From positions 45,756,001 to 45,820,000 of the forward strand of contig OZ024748.1 in NCBI GenBank assembly GCA_964016885.1: a DNA stretch of 64,000 nucleotides, written 5' to 3'. The stretch comes from Eledone cirrhosa (Eukaryota). Of the stretch, positions 15,190-31,679 are shown in pieces. The notes under the pieces were generated by a model. It was not told the DNA's origin. It searched no databases and saw nothing but the letters and a program-made list of their open reading frames with translations. The translations under genes were made by a program, and so were the position numbers. Position 1 is the first letter of the stretch; each line of letters opens with the position of its first letter.

Positions 15190-17060
15190 AGGAAGTTGTG
15201 TGTGGTTGTGAGGTGGTGGTGTGTGTGTGTGTGGTTGTGAGGTGGTGGTGTGTGTGTGTGTGGTTGTGAGGTGGTGGTGTGTGTGGTTGTGAGGTGGTGA
15301 GTGTGGTTATGAGGTGGTGGTGTGTGTGGATGTGACGGTGGTGTTATGTGTGTGGTTGTGAGGTGGTGGTGTGTGTGTTTGTGAGGTGGTGGTGTGTGTG
15401 TGGTTGTGAGGTGGTGGTGTGTGTGGTTGTGAGGAGCTGGTGGTGTGTGTGGTTGTGTGGTGGTGGTGTGTGTGGTTGTGAAGGTGGTGTTGTGTGTGGT
15501 TGTGAAGGTGGTTTTGGGTGTGGTTGTGAGGTGGTGGTGTGTGTGTTTATGAGGTGGTGGCGTGTGTGTATGGTTGTGAGGTGGTGGTGTGTGTGGTTGT
15601 GAGGTGGTGGTATGTGTGGTGGTGTGTGTGTGTGGTTGTGAGGTGGTGTGTGTGTGGTTGTGAGGTAGAGGCGTGTGTGGTTGTGAGGTGGTGGTGTGTG
15701 TGGTTGTGAGGTGGTGGTGTGTGTGGTTGTGAGGTGGTGGTGTGTGTGGTTGTGAGGTGGTGGTGTGTGTGGTTGTGAGGTGGTGGTGTGTGTGGTTGTG
15801 AGGAGCTGCTGGGGTGTGTGTTGTGTGGTGGTGGTGTGTGTGGTTGTGAAGGTGGTGTTGTGTGTGGTTGTGAAGGTGGTGGTGTGTGTGTGTGGTTGTG
15901 TGGTGGTGGTGTGTGTGGTTGTGAAGGTGGTGTTGTGTGTGGTTGTGAAGGTGGTGGCGTGTGTGTGTGGTTGTGAGGTGGTGGTGTGTGTGGTTGTGAG
16001 TTGGTGTGTGTGTGGTTGTGAGGTGGTGGTGTGTGTGGTGGTGTGTGTGGTTGTGAGGTAGAGGCGTGTGTGGTTGTGAGGTGGTGGTGTACGTGGTTGT
16101 GAGGTGGTGGTGTGTGTGGTTGTGAGGTGGTGGTGTGTGTGGTTGGGAAGGGGATGTGTGTGTGATTGTGAGGTGGTGGTGTGTGTGGTTGTGAGGAGCT
16201 GGTGGTGTGTGTGGTTGTGTGGTGGTGGTGTGTGTGGTTGTGAAGGTGGTGGTGTGTGTGGTTGTGAGGTGGTGTGTGTGTGGTTGTGAGGTGGTGGTGT
16301 GTGTGGTTGTGAAGGTGGTGTTGTGTGTGGTTGTGAGGTGGTGTTGTGTGTGGTTGTGAGGTGGTGGCGCGTGTGTGTGGTTGTGAGGTGGTGGTGTGTG
16401 TGGTTGTGAAGGTGGTGGTGTGCGTGGTTGTGAGGTGGTGGTGTGTGTGGTTGTGAGGTGGTGGTGTGTGTGGTTGTGAGGTGGTGTGTGTGTGGTTGTG
16501 AGGTGGTGGTGTGTGTGGTTGTGAGGTGGTGGTGGTGTGTGTGGTTGTGAGGTGGTGGTGTGTGTGGTTGTGAGGTGGTGTTGTGTGTGGTTGGGAAGGG
16601 GATGTGTGTGGTTTTGAAGGTGGTGTTGTGTGGTTGTGAAGGTTGTGTTGTGTGGTTGTGAGGTGCTGTTGTCCATGTTGTGAAGGTGGTGTTGTGTGGT
16701 TGTGAGGTGGTGTTATGTGTGGTTGTGAGGTGGTGGTGTGTGTGGTTGTGAAGGTGGTGTTGTGTGGTTGTGAGGTTGTGAGGTGGTGTTGTGTTCGTTG
16801 TGAGGTGGTGTTATGTGTGGTTGTGAAGGTGTTATGTGTGGTTGTGAGGTGGTGGTGTTGTGTGGTTGTGAGATGGTGGTGTGTGTGGTTGTGAACGTCG
16901 TGGTGTGTGTGGTTGTGATGGTGGTGTTTTGAAGGTGATGTTGTGAAGATGTGTGTGTGGTTGGGAAGAGGATGTGGGTGGTTATGAAGGTTTTGTTGTG
17001 TGGTTGGAAAGTCGGTGTTGTGTGTGGTTGTGAGGAAGTGGTGTGTGTGGTTGTGAGGAG
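15190..17060. repeat. GT-rich minisatellite (about 21-23 bp unit gtgtgtgtggttgtgaggtggtg)
   Basis: Direct inspection. Confidence 0.9.
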
Positions 17061-17149
17061 GTGTTGTGCGTGTTTGTGAAGGTGGGCTTTTGAAGGTGAT
17101 GCGAAATTGTGTGTGTGGTTGGGATGAGGATGTTGTGTGTAGTTTTGAA

Positions 17150-18725
17150 GGTGTTGTAGTATTGGTTATAGTGAAAATGGCAAGGGTGTTGCTTGTAGAG
17201 TTGCTGATGGTGATGGTAGTGGTAGTGATGATGATAATGGTAGTGGGGGTGGTGCTAATGGTGGTGCTAATGGTGGTAATGACAATAGTGGTAAAGGTGG
17301 CGGTGATGATGGTGTTGTTGATGGTGGTAATAGTGGTAATGGTGGTGTTGGTGCTGGTAATGGTGGTGGTGATAGTTGTAGTGATGGTAGTGGTGGTGCA
17401 GATGGTGGTGCCGTGACGGAGCTTATGGTGGCGCTAGTGCCCTTGGTGCTGTTGGTGGTGGCGGTGATGGAACCGTGGCAGAGGTTGTGTTGAAGGTAGT
17501 GACGTTGCTGATGGTGATGCTAGTGTGATACTAGGCAGTGGTGGGGGTGGTGTTGTGGTGTTAGTGTAGTGGCAGTGGTGGTGGTGTTGTTGTGGTGGTG
17601 ATGTAGTGGCAGTGGTGGTGGTGGTGTAGTGGCAGTTGTGTAGTGGAGGTGGTGTAGTAGCTGTGGTGGTGGTGGTGTAGTGGTAGCGGTGTAGTAGCAG
17701 TGGTAGTGGTGGTGTAGTGGCAGTGGTGGTAGTGGTGTAGTGGTGTAGTGGTGGTGATGTAGTAGCAGTGGTGGTGGTGGTGGTGGTGTAGTGGCAGTGG
17801 TGGTGGTGGTGTAGTAGCAGTGGTGGTGGTGGTGGTGTAGTGGCAGTGGTGGTGTAGTGGCAGTAGTGGCAGCGGTGTGGTGGTGGTGTAGTGGCAATGG
17901 TGTAGTGCTGTAGTAACAGCGGTGTTGGTGGTGTAGTGGCAGTTCTGTAGTGGTGTAGTAGCAGTGGTGGTGTAGTGGCAGTAGTGGTGGTGGTGTAGTG
18001 GTGTAGTAGCAGTGGTGGTGTAGTGGCAGTAGTGGTGGTGGTGTAGTGGCAGTAGTGGTGGTGGTGTAGTGGTGTAGTAGCAGTGGTGGTGTAGTGGCAG
18101 TAGTGGTGGTGGTGTAGTGGTGTAGTAGCAGTGGTGGTGTAGTGGAAGTAGTGGTGGTGGTGTAGTGGTGTAGTAGCAGTGGTGGTGTAGTGGCAGTAGT
18201 GGTGGTGGTGTAGTGGTGTAGTAGCAGTGGTGGTGTAGTGGAAGTAGTGGTGGTGGTGTAGTGGCAGTTTTGTAGTGGTGTAGTAGCAGTGGTGGTGTAG
18301 TGGCAGTAGTGGTGGTGGTGTAGTGGCAGTGGTGTAGTGGTGTAGTGGCAGTGGTGTAGTGGTGGTGGTGGTGGTAGTAGATGTAGTGGTGTAGTGGGGG
18401 TGATGTAGTAGCAGTGGTGGTGGTGGAGTAGTGGCAGTGGTGGTGTAGTGGCAGTGCTGTAGTGGTGGTGGTGTAGTGGCAGTGCTGTAGTGGGGGTGGT
18501 GGTAGTAGATGTAGTGGTGTAGTGGGGGTGATGTAGTAGCAGTGGTGGTGGTGGTGTAGTGGCAGTGGTGGTCTAGTGGCAGTAGTGGTGGTGGAGTAGT
18601 GGCAGTGCTGTAGTGGTGGTGGTGGTGTAGATGTAGTGGTGTAGTGGGGGTGATGTAGTAGCAGTGGTGGTGGTGGTGTAGTGGCAGTGGTAGTGTAGTA
18701 GCAGTGGTGGTAGTGGTGTAGTAGT
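17150..18725. repeat. (GTG/GTA/GCA) trinucleotide-derived low-complexity array
   Basis: Direct inspection. Confidence 0.9.
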
Positions 18726-19077
18726 GCTACTATAAGTGACGCTCAACTTCGACTAGCAGCGGGATTAGTTGGTTAGCCTTAATGACGGCATCATCTATAG
18801 AATCTATAGAATTAATTGATTTCTTTTATAGTCTGAGAATTGGTTTTTGGTGTGTGGAGGGGCGGGGGGGGGGGGGTAGGTGGTGGAAGGTAGAGGTGTT
18901 TAGGGGGAGTGGGAAAAAGGGTGTGGGGGGAATAGTGGGTGGTTGGTGATGTAGGGCTGAGGTAAGAGGGCGTATAAGCAGTGTGTGGATGTCGGGGAAG
19001 CGCTATTGTGAAATATTGTGGTTTGTTATCTTTGTTGAACAATAACACGTTAAAGCTAAGTTTTTAGAGACATATAC

Positions 19078-19133
<56 letters not shown>

Positions 19134-19883
19134 TTGACTTCATAATTCTGCTTCAAATATTATAAACCTAACTAATTTACACCTTGGAAATCAATATGTT
19201 GACTATCTTTGGTTTAGTTGACATATGATTAATGGTATACTTTTTTATTTTGTGATGCATAGATTTCGTATTTCCTAACATTGAAAATATGTAAGAACAT
19301 ACATTGAATTAAGATATGGAAAATATTATAGGTTTCTTGAAACATATATTTACTTTGATCCCCTTCTCCAAACCCCCCCCTTTCCCCCATACTATTATCA
19401 TCTGTTTTTGTAAGTGTATATGTATGAATATATGGGTAGATGGGTGTCTATATAGTTTTTTTGGTATTTATTTCTAGATATAAAAATACATATATGAGCA
19501 TGTAAATATGAATGTAAGATTGAGTGTGTATATATGATTGTACATACATATGTATGTATATGTATGTATATATATGTATTATATATGTACGTGTATGTGA
19601 ATGTGTGGTATATATATGTGTAGGTATATGTATATATGTGTGTGTATGTGTATGCTTGTATATAGGAATATATATGTGTGTATATATGTATATATGTATA
19701 TGCGTGTTTGCATGTATGTGTATATGGGTTCTGTATATATTTGTATGTCTCTCTATTTATATGTTTATCTTTGTATCTATGTGATATATGTGTGTGTGTG
19801 TGCATGTATGCATATGTATGTGTTTGTGTGTGTTTGTATGTGTGTGTGTATATATATATGTATGTATTTGCGCACACTCACAT

Positions 19884-19926
<43 letters not shown>

Positions 19927-20013
19927 GGTGTGTATGTGTGTCTGTATGTGTGTGCGTGTGTATATATGTGTATATATATATATATGTGTATGTATGTGTA
20001 TGTGTGTGTATAT

Positions 20014-20057
<44 letters not shown>

Positions 20058-20196
20058 ATATAGGTGTCTATGTGTGAATATATGTCTTTATTCGTATGTG
20101 TGTATTTATATATGTTTATATTTAGGTGTATGTATGTATGTGTATGTATGTATGTATATGTATGTGTATGTATGTATATTTGTATATGTGTGTATA

Positions 20197-20233
<37 letters not shown>

Positions 20234-20325
20234 CTTTATTATTATTGTAATATAACTTATGTGTATATGTGTATAAGTGAGGTTGTGTATGTATATATAC
20301 TATGTGTATATATAAGGGTAATGAA

Positions 20326-20364
<39 letters not shown>

Positions 20365-20460
20365 CATGTCTGTATTTTACGTGTGTGTGTATATATATGT
20401 ATATATGTGTATGTGTGTATATATGTATGTATATATGCATATATGTGTACGTGTGTGTAT

Positions 20461-20511
<51 letters not shown>

Positions 20512-20622
20512 TGGATGTTCGTATGTGTTTTCATGGTGGTATGAGTGTGGGATATATATGTTTATGTATAAGTATATGTATGTGTATGTATATATATATG
20601 AGTCTATGTGTGTGTGTGTATA

Positions 20623-20671
<49 letters not shown>

Positions 20672-21632
20672 ATGTGTTGCGCGTGTGTGTGTCCGTATTT
20701 TTATCTTTTTATATGTGTATGTGTATGTTCGTGTAAATGTATGTGTGTGTATGACAGTATAGGTATGTGTGTATGTATGTATGTGTAGATATCTCTATGT
20801 GCGCGTACATGTATGTATGTGTATGTATATCTGTATGCGTATGTACATTATATTATATGTAATATATTTTATTGTTTTTATTTTTTTATTTTTCATAATT
20901 TATAGATACATTTATATTAGGCTGTCTGGTCTGACAACCTAACACTGACCCCTCCCCCCCCCTCCCACCTAATTTCTGTATCTTGATCTTGAAATGTGTG
21001 TACCAGTGTGTTTATGTGAGTGACTTAATTTCTATTTGCTTATGATTTTATATCCACATATATAAATGTGAGTGGGGGGTGTGTGTGTGTTTGTGTGTTC
21101 GTGGTTATGTGTATATTTATATATATACGCACATGTATGTGTGATTATACTGATATGTGTGAGTATGAAAAAAATATATTTATATGCTTGACTACATAAG
21201 TATCATTGCGTATATTATCAGCGCATTAAGCTTACAGAGATATTAACCTTGAAATTTTTTATTTGCATCCATCTTTTTAGTATGCACATACATATTATAC
21301 ACACATTATTGTAAAATGCGTGTAGGGTTTTACATGTATATACACACACCAAACTGCTTTTTAACCCTTTGTGTTTTCATTGGTCAATTTTGAACTGATA
21401 TTTTGAATTGTTGTTATTATCAATAAATATACTTCATTATTTCTGAAGACGGCGTATATATGAGTTAGGTATGTATATTTAATCTTGATAATTTGTATAA
21501 TTTTGTATAATTTTGTACATAGATCTGTTAAATATGCATACCAATTATAGCACATATATACCCTAGAAACGATCGTTAAATAGTGAACTTTTTTTGTTTA
21601 ATATAAGGAATTGTTTGTTCATTATTTATTTA

Positions 21633-21718
<86 letters not shown>

Positions 21719-21904
21719 CATATATATATGTATATATATATATATATATTAATGTATATATGTATATGTGTAAGAAAGGCTAGTTCTATTTTGAGTTTCA
21801 CGTATATATTTTCTCCATTCACGTCATTGCGGCTTTCAATAAAACGCTTTCAACCGTGACAGGTAGCTGGTATACGTCTTTCTGTTTGTACACACACACA
21901 CACA

Positions 21905-22009
<105 letters not shown>

Positions 22010-22099
22010 ATAGTAAAAAATTGAACGGGAACAAAACAGAGAGGCAGTACGAACAAAGGTTTATTAGTTTCACGCTCTTGAGAGTGGGGTGGTGGTGGG

Positions 22100-22136
22100 G
22101 AACGATGTTTCGGGCACAAGCCCTTCTTCAGGTGAA
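22100..22136 (-). ncRNA. minimal Penelope-type hammerhead
   Basis: cac CTGAAGA agggc ttgt gccc GAAA ca TC g, followed on the same strand by aataaa and then (TA)n. Helix I is weak. Confidence 0.6.
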
Positions 22137-22608
22137 AAGTGTGTGGGAAGAGAGTTCCAAGGGTGTGTAGAGGAGTGGTAGAGAGACATATAGAAAAAGG
22201 GGGTGAGAGGAAACGCTACAAATGAAATTAAATATAAAAGTATAATAAAAATAAAAATAAACATGAAGTAAAACAGGTGGTGGAAGGGTGTGGGGCGTGT
22301 AGGGGTGGTGGCAGGTGGAGTGGGGAGAGGGAGGCGGGGTGTCCGAGCGGGGAGGGCTGAAGGTGTGTGTGTGTGTGTAGGTGTAAGCGTGTGTGTGTGT
22401 ATGTGAAAGTAAGAGTTGGGGGTAGAATGGTAAGTGAAGAAAGTCGGTGTGTCAGTGTGTGCGGAGGTGCGGTGGACAGGGGAGAGGATGGGTAGGTGTG
22501 AAAGTTGGAGTGAAGAGAGGGGGGGGGGTGTATTAGTAGAGGTGTTAGTGGGATGTGTGTGTGTGAGAAAGGGTGTGGGTGGAGCGGGGAGAGAAGGGTG
22601 TGGGGGCC

Positions 22609-22644
<36 letters not shown>

Positions 22645-22647
<3 letters not shown>

Positions 22648-22870
22648 CTGGGTTGCGTGTTGTGTTCTTGAGCAAAACACTTCATTTCACGTTGCTCCAG
22701 TATACTCGGCTAAAAATGAGTACCAGCAATGGCTGGGGGTTTAACCCTGCGATAGACTCGCGTCCTGTCCAGGGGGGGGGGGTCTTGTACTCTCAGTCGC
22801 TTCACGCCATGAAACCGGGATAAGCACCGGCATAATGAGTCTTCTGGCTTAAGGCAAACTTTAGACTTTA
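22645..22870 (+). mobile_element. octopus-type SINE, second family, 5'-truncated
   Basis: gttgtgttcttgagcaaaacacttcatttcacgttgctccag...gaaaccgggataagc with a ctttag tail. Confidence 0.7.
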
Positions 22871-23063
<193 letters not shown>

Positions 23064-23092
23064 GTGTGTATATATATACATATATATATACA

Positions 23093-23402
23093 TATTGTTA
23101 TACTTGGGGAGGGTCATATTTGTGTAATATTGCCAGAATTAATAACAGAACACACTCACTGTTTGGTTGGTTTTCGCTTTTCGCTTCTGTGTCTTTTATA
23201 TCGGTAATCTAACATACTCTGTCATCAATGTTGCCATTGACTGCCCGACGGTAAAAAATAATACAGATACAATATAGACACAAACACATATATATAGTTT
23301 ATATGGCAATATTACACAAATATGACCCTCCCCAAGTATAACAATATTTGTTTCGACACACGATTTCATATAAAAAACCTCGCAGAACTAATTCTTCGCC
23401 GT

Positions 23403-23403
<1 letters not shown>
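23093..23403 (+). mobile_element. TA-flanked fold-back element (no hammerhead seen)
   Basis: 23094-23135 is an exact inverted repeat of 23303-23345, then a tail. Relative at 36632-36820. Confidence 0.6.
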
Positions 23404-23751
<348 letters not shown>

Positions 23752-24172
23752 TATATAAATACATATAAATACATATACATATATATATAAATACATAATA
23801 GAAGCTTTCACCGTATTTGTTTACTAATTTTAGTCTGATAGTGCGGTTTAGAACCCTCAGAGAGATGGAAAAAGATGAGTATTGACGTACTTGTATACAT
23901 ATATATACATATGCATATACATATATATATACACATATACATATACACATATATATACATATACATATACATATATATATACATATATATATACATATAT
24001 ATTTATATATAACTATGTATATATATATATGTATATATATGTATATATATATGTATATAAGTTGAAAAAAATGAAAACGAAATTTCATTTCTCACTCTTA
24101 GTATCGCACTTACTCAAATGTAAGTATGTATGTATACGTACATACATATATGTATACAGACGTACAGTAGGA

Positions 24173-24250
<78 letters not shown>

Positions 24251-24354
24251 TATACATATATATATATACATACATACAGGTACCCATACATATATGCACG
24301 CATCAGTTTAGCGGACGCTCACTATAACGCCGCTTTGTTCGTTTGTAAACATAT

Positions 24355-24516
24355 ATATATATGTGAAATATACATATATATGTGAAATATATATATATAT
24401 GTGAAATATATATATATATGTGAAATATATATATATATGTATATATATATATATGTGAAATATATATATATATGTGAAATATATATATATATGTGAAATA
24501 TATATATATATGTGAA

Positions 24517-24548
<32 letters not shown>

Positions 24549-24662
24549 GTGAAATATATATATATATGTGAAATATATATATATATGTGAAATATATATA
24601 TATATGTATATATATATATGTGAAATATATATATATATGTGAAATATATATATATATGTGAA

Positions 24663-24733
<71 letters not shown>

Positions 24734-24745
24734 AAATATATATAT
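24355..24745. repeat. about 20-bp compound repeat gtgaa(at)n
   Basis: Direct inspection. Confidence 0.85.
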
Positions 24746-25013
24746 ATATATGCATAGGAATATGTATATGTATATATATGTATACAAGTACGTTAATACT
24801 CATCTTTTTCTATCTCTATGAGGGTTCTAAACCCTACTATCAGGCTAAAATATCTTTAGTAAAAAGATACGGTGAAAGCTTCTATAGTATATATATATAT
24901 ATATATATGTATTTATATATACATATATATATATGCAAATTTATATGTATATATATATATGTATATATATATGTCTATATGTATATATATATATGTATAT
25001 ATATATGTATATG

Positions 25014-25056
<43 letters not shown>

Positions 25057-25137
25057 GTATATATGTATATATATATATATGTATTTATATATATATGTAT
25101 ATATATATGTCTATATGTATATATATATATGTATATA

Positions 25138-25168
<31 letters not shown>

Positions 25169-25250
25169 ATGTATATGTATATATGTATATATATGTATAT
25201 ATATATATATGTATATATATATGTATATGTATATGTATATTTATATGTAT

Positions 25251-25300
<50 letters not shown>

Positions 25301-25412
25301 GTATATGTATATAGGTATATATAATTTCTTAGAAATTTAAGCCTCGAATCATTTTTTGAGGCTTAAATTTCTGAGAAATTTATGTTTATATATGAGTTTG
25401 AAATTACTTGTG

Positions 25413-25461
<49 letters not shown>

Positions 25462-25569
25462 GTGAGTGTGTATGTGTGTGTGTGTGTTGGGTGGGCGTGG
25501 AATGTTTAGGAGTGTATTACGTAGTGCAGGTGTGCTAAATATGTGTAGGAGCTTAGTCTCTCTTTAATC

Positions 25570-25651
<82 letters not shown>

Positions 25652-25974
25652 CTGTCAGTCTGTTTGTCTACATACCTACCTGTCTGTTTATCTAGCGTTC
25701 TTCCTAACTACCTACTTACCTATTTGTCTCTCTGTCTGTCTATAAAAAAAAAACACAAAATACAAAAACATCTACAGACAACACGAACACACCTAACCCC
25801 ACCATAAACACACCACCACAAACGACGAACACACCACCACCACAACCAAACGCTTCACCAACAAAACAAACACCCACACCACCACAATCGCACACCCAAT
25901 CACAAAAAGAAAACTACAAACAGAAACAGCACACATAAAAAAAAAACACATTACACATACATAAAAACAAAAAA

Positions 25975-28900
25975 CAAAGATTTGATAGAAACTGTCCGAA
26001 AGAGCCCTATTATCCAAATGGAAGGGAAAACCTTCCCCACCAACGACCCACCGCCAAACCTCAAACTGTCGGGGTAACAACCCTACAACATGAAACATTG
26101 AAAGGGACCTTTCCACATGATGTGGGCCCCTCTTGCCAAAAACCCCTTAACCGTGTCCTGCTAAAAGGATTCCCTCCCTCCCCAAACACCCCCAATCTGG
26201 ACATGGAGATCGAACAACCCGACCTCCAGGAAACGAAAAGGTAAATCTCATCACCCAATTCTAACTGGCTGATAGATATCGACTAGACTTCCCAAGTGCA
26301 CCACTGTGGACGTGGAGCAACCGCACTGGGTATTTAGATAGATTTTTAATTAGACAGAATGATAAGGAAACATTAAGCTGTCTACAAATGTACATGGTTG
26401 CCTATTCAGACCACAAATTAGTCACCTGCGTAGTCAACCTTAATAGAACACATAGACAGGGATCCAGATTCTGGAAGCTAAACATGTCGCTTCCGGCGCG
26501 TAAGGCCTACAGCAAACGGATTAAGTTAAGGGCCAGTTGACGGAGGCGATCTTCAACAACAGGTGGTGGAGCTCTCTCAAGAGAGCAATTAGAATAGAAT
26601 CGATAGCATTTAGCAAGGAAGTAGCTTTAGAAAAAACAAAACCGAAAAGGAACTGGTAGCTAAAGTAGAACAAGCACTTAGGAATGGCAGTACAGCTGAC
26701 GTGCTAGCAGCGAGAACGGCACTAGACCAGTTCTTCAACGTGAAACACGAAGGTTGTATGGTCAGAAGTAGAACACGTGCTCTAAGAAACGAGGGAGCCA
26801 AATCTGTTAGCTGGGCCCGAGTGGCAGAGGCGAAAAGTGGCAACAAATCCACAATTCGGTCATTGCAAGACTAAGATGGACGCATTCTACTTGAATCCAA
26901 GCAGATGTGCACGGCCTTCCAGTAGCATTTTGCACAACTGTTCGGGCAAAGCGGTACGTCAAGATGGATTTCAGCTCCTAATCCAACGGCGTACCACGAC
27001 TCTCGACCACGGATGCGGAGAGCTGCGAAAGGCCGATCACAGAGGGCGAAATAGAATATGCCCTAGGTCGCTATGGGAAACGCAAATCACTCGGTTTTAC
27101 ATAGGCATGGCAGACTTGTTCTCTGGCGTCCTCGAAGCGGTCTACTGCAACTGGCAGCAGAACGGGGGTATTCCCAGTTTTGTAGGCAGAGGCGTAGTAA
27201 TACTGATCAGGAAAGATGAGAACAAGGGGGATGAGATAAGAAATTTGAGGCCCATAACTCTGCCCAACACAGTATGTACTGACTCTCGAGCCGTTACTGC
27301 GGAAGTTGGAGCTGTTGCAGGGCATCCTGAACGAACCAGGACTGCGGAAAGCAGCGTCGGCCTATGTCGACGACATAACTGTATTGGTGTCGAAAACCTC
27401 GTAAATCAGGGTATCGGCAACCTATTACAGGAATACGAAACGCTGACAGGAACAAGACTAAACCCAAACAAGTCTGTCGGTTTGCAGCTCGGCACATGGA
27501 GAGGCAAACCCATGCCTTCCGACAGTGTCGTTGGATGCTGGACGGAAGGACCGGTGAAATTGCTCGGGATCTGGTTTGGTCCAGACATCCAGGTGGACAA
27601 GAACTGGAACGCGTTCACGGCGTAGGTGTTTGCACTCATCCAGAAGTGGGCTGAGGGCAAACTCTCCTTGAAAGGTCGAGCGGAGGTGGCGAACACTTAC
27701 ATAGCGTCTGTCATCTACTACTGCTTGACAGTCGTGCTTTGTCCCCGTGAATACCTCACCAAAATGGAACGCCTACTCTTCAAGTTCCTCTGGAAGAAAC
27801 AGGCTCCATTGGTGAGGAGATCCATCTCCTGTCAACACTCTTCTAACGGAGGGCTGGGCATACCGTGGCAGAAGATGTGCAAACACGTGCTGAGGCTATG
27901 CCATCTCCTGGTATTCCTGACCGGTGTACCGGTGTGGTTGTCGTTTGTGAGATGAGCTCTTCCACAACACGTCTCACTAACAGAGCTGCAGTTCTGGGTC
28001 AAGCGAAGACCAAAAATGGGCGCCCGGCACCCCGAGTGCCTCGAGGCGTTCACAGCCCTCTACCAAGCGGAAACGGCAATCAGCGGAGACTCCACTTCGA
28101 CATTCTATTGGGGATTAGTGGAGGATAAGTGTAACGACGTTGTCGGGGAAACTCTAGGCATTGAGGAAGACGAACTGACCAGGTTGTTCGGGAGGACTTT
28201 CCATCCAGGGCCTATGGATAACTTCCAGAGGTCTCTGGCCTGGCAGTGCTACCGAGGAGCTCTACCAGTTCGCGACAAAATCCACAGGCACGGACACCCT
28301 GGCAGAGATCCTGCCAAAAGGACCTATCCAAGATGCGAACAGGATATCGAAACCGTTCTGCACGCAATTGTTCAGTGCCCAGGGGTGACCGACCTGTGGA
28401 ATTATGTCGAACAGCTACTGTCACGTGTGGGACGCATCCAGTTGTCAGCCGAGTCCATAGTGAGGATCACCCCGCCGCCTTCATTTAAGAATGAATGAGA
28501 CGCGGTCTTCCCCTGTCCGGTGGCTATGGCGAAAGAGGTAATATGGTGGACGAGGTTAAAAAAACTGAGGGCAAGCACCTTTCTCTCCGGAAAACAACTC
28601 ATCACCTTCTTTAAGTACCACTTCAGAAGGAAGGTGAGAGTGGAGAGAGAGGTGCTATACCCCAGTAAATTCGCTGAAAGGTGGGTGAATGTGGCGAAAA
28701 TGGCCCGGGCGAATGGGCCTTCTCTGTACATAAACCTGTAGGTTGAGTACGATAAACAGAGGGAAGACGGGAACACCTACAAAACGTGTCCTGGTGTTGG
28801 GGGTTGTTCTATCCACGGGGTGTAAAACAACCCCGCAGTATCGTTACCCCCCCCCCCCACCATTATGGGGATTTCAATTGTTTTATTTTATATAGTTTAT

Positions 28901-28980
28901 TGTTATTTATCATTGTTAAAAATTTTATGTAAAACCCCCGCCGTCACGTCTTGTGCACCCTTGTGGCTAATAAAGAAATA
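25975..28980 (+). mobile_element. decayed, internally deleted L1/Tx1-type LINE
   Basis: Collinear with the 44535-49926 element: ORF1 end KPLNRVLLKGFPP, LADRYRLDF, SDHKLV, NLRPITL, C-terminal GPSLYINL, 3' aataaagaaa then (TACC)n. Lacks the EN N-terminus and part of RT. Confidence 0.9.
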
Positions 28981-29555
28981 TACCTACCTACCTACCTACC
29001 TACCTACCTACCTACCTACCTACCTACCCACCTACCTACCCACCTACCTACCTACATACCTTCCAACCTCCATACCTACCTACATACCTACCTACCTACC
29101 TACCTAACTACCCTACATATCTACCTACCTACCTACCAACCCACCTACCTACATACCAACCCACCCCACTCCCTCCCTCCCTCCCTCCCTCCCTCCCTCC
29201 CTCCCTACCTACCTACCTACCTACCAACCCACCTACTACCTCCTTCCCTCCCTCCCTCCCTACCTACCTATCTACCAACCCACCTACCTACCTCCCTCCT
29301 TCCTTACCTCCTTACCTACCCAGCTACCTACCTACCTACCTAGCTACCTACCTACCTACCTACCTACCTACCTACCTACCTACCTACCCACCTCCCTACC
29401 TACCCACCTCCCTCCCTACCTACCTCCCTACCTACCTCCCGCCCTACCTACTTATCTACCTCCCTAAAACCTCCCTACCTACCCAACTCCCTACCTTCCT
29501 ACCTACCTCCCTCCCTACTTTCCTATCCCCCCCCCCCTTCCCTCCCTCCCTACCT
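28981..29555. repeat. (TACC)n/(CCCT)n microsatellite
   Basis: Direct inspection. An about 65-bp tandem duplication follows at 29557-29795. Confidence 0.9.
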
Positions 29556-30216
29556 AACTCATATCCACTCCTCCCACTCTCATATTCCTCATCCCCACCC
29601 ATGTACCACCCCATATCTCTCTCGTATTCCTCTCCCCCACCCTCATATCCACTCCTCCCACTCTCATATTCCTCATCCCCACCCACGTACCACCCCTATC
29701 TCTCTCGTATTCCTCTCCCCCACCCTCATATCCACTCCTCACACTATCATATTCCTCATCCCCAACCACGTACCACCCCCTCCCTCTCTCGTATCCCCCC
29801 TCCCTCTATTCTCACCTACCCGCCCCCGCTCCACACCAACGTGCTAATGAAACGGCTTTTCTTAAATACCCCCCCTCCGAACATTCTCTCACAGCCGAAA
29901 GTTAAGTCTGTTTCGTTTAGAATCTTATTTTACCTTCAAATAAAACAAAACAACAACAAAAATCAATGCATCATAAACAAACAAACAAACAAACAAACAA
30001 ACAAATAAATAAATAAATAATTAATTAATCTTTAATGAATCTTATCGATTATCGATTGTTTAGTAAATAAATTCTTTTATTCTTTGTTTCTTTTACGGCA
30101 TTAATTCTTTAGATTACGACCCTGCTGGAGTAATGCCTCGAAAGATTTTCTAATACTTTTGTTTATGTAGACGAACGTAATTGGCAGTATCGGTAGAGGG
30201 TCGGACGCTATGCTTT

Positions 30217-30991
<775 letters not shown>

Positions 30992-31049
30992 ATATATACA
31001 TATGTATGTATGTATACATCTATATATATATGTATATATATATATGTGT

Positions 31050-31552
31050 GACCCAGTACTACCTGTCGCATGGTCGGGTCGTCGGCGACTAAACCGGCAA
31101 CTCCACCAACTTTACTTGGTGTGGAGGGTGATTTTGGACACACTGCCAGACAAAAAACAAAACCTGACAACGGGCGGAAGAACTCATAAGAGTCAACGGC
31201 CATCCATAAGTGTGTAAATATGTATATACACATGTAACACGCGGTTAAACCACTGGGAGTGAAGGACCCCTAGCCTTTGTGAGGGCATTCTTCTAGGAGA
31301 AGGTAACTCAGGAACCTGGGATAACTCCGATATAAAACATGGGGCTCAGTAGTTACCGATGATGTTGATCTTTTCTTCTTTTCGGGTTATAGCTACTGTC
31401 GCTCAGTGAGTGGGATTGGCTCAGTGCACAGTCTTTTCACACTTTAAAAAATATCTTCACGCACAGGCATTGCACGATAGAATTAATTAATTATTATTAA
31501 TAATGGTGTATCGTGCAATGGCCATACTCGATAACGAGGGGGCAGCCATCAT
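31050..31552 (+). mobile_element. short non-autonomous RTE-derived element
   Basis: Similar to 34570-35170 at both ends. 3' end ggccatactcgataacgagggggcagccatc(at)n. Confidence 0.55.
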
Positions 31553-31599
31553 ATATATATATATGATGGCTGTATATATATATATATATTTTTTTTTTC

Positions 31600-31644
<45 letters not shown>

Positions 31645-31679
31645 TTACAGTAATCAAAGTTCAGTTTAAGTCATTTATT

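Noticed and set aside
15144-16676. 510-aa His/Thr/Pro-rich ORF
   Set aside because: It is the antisense reading of a GT minisatellite and ends inside a SINE. No coding evidence.
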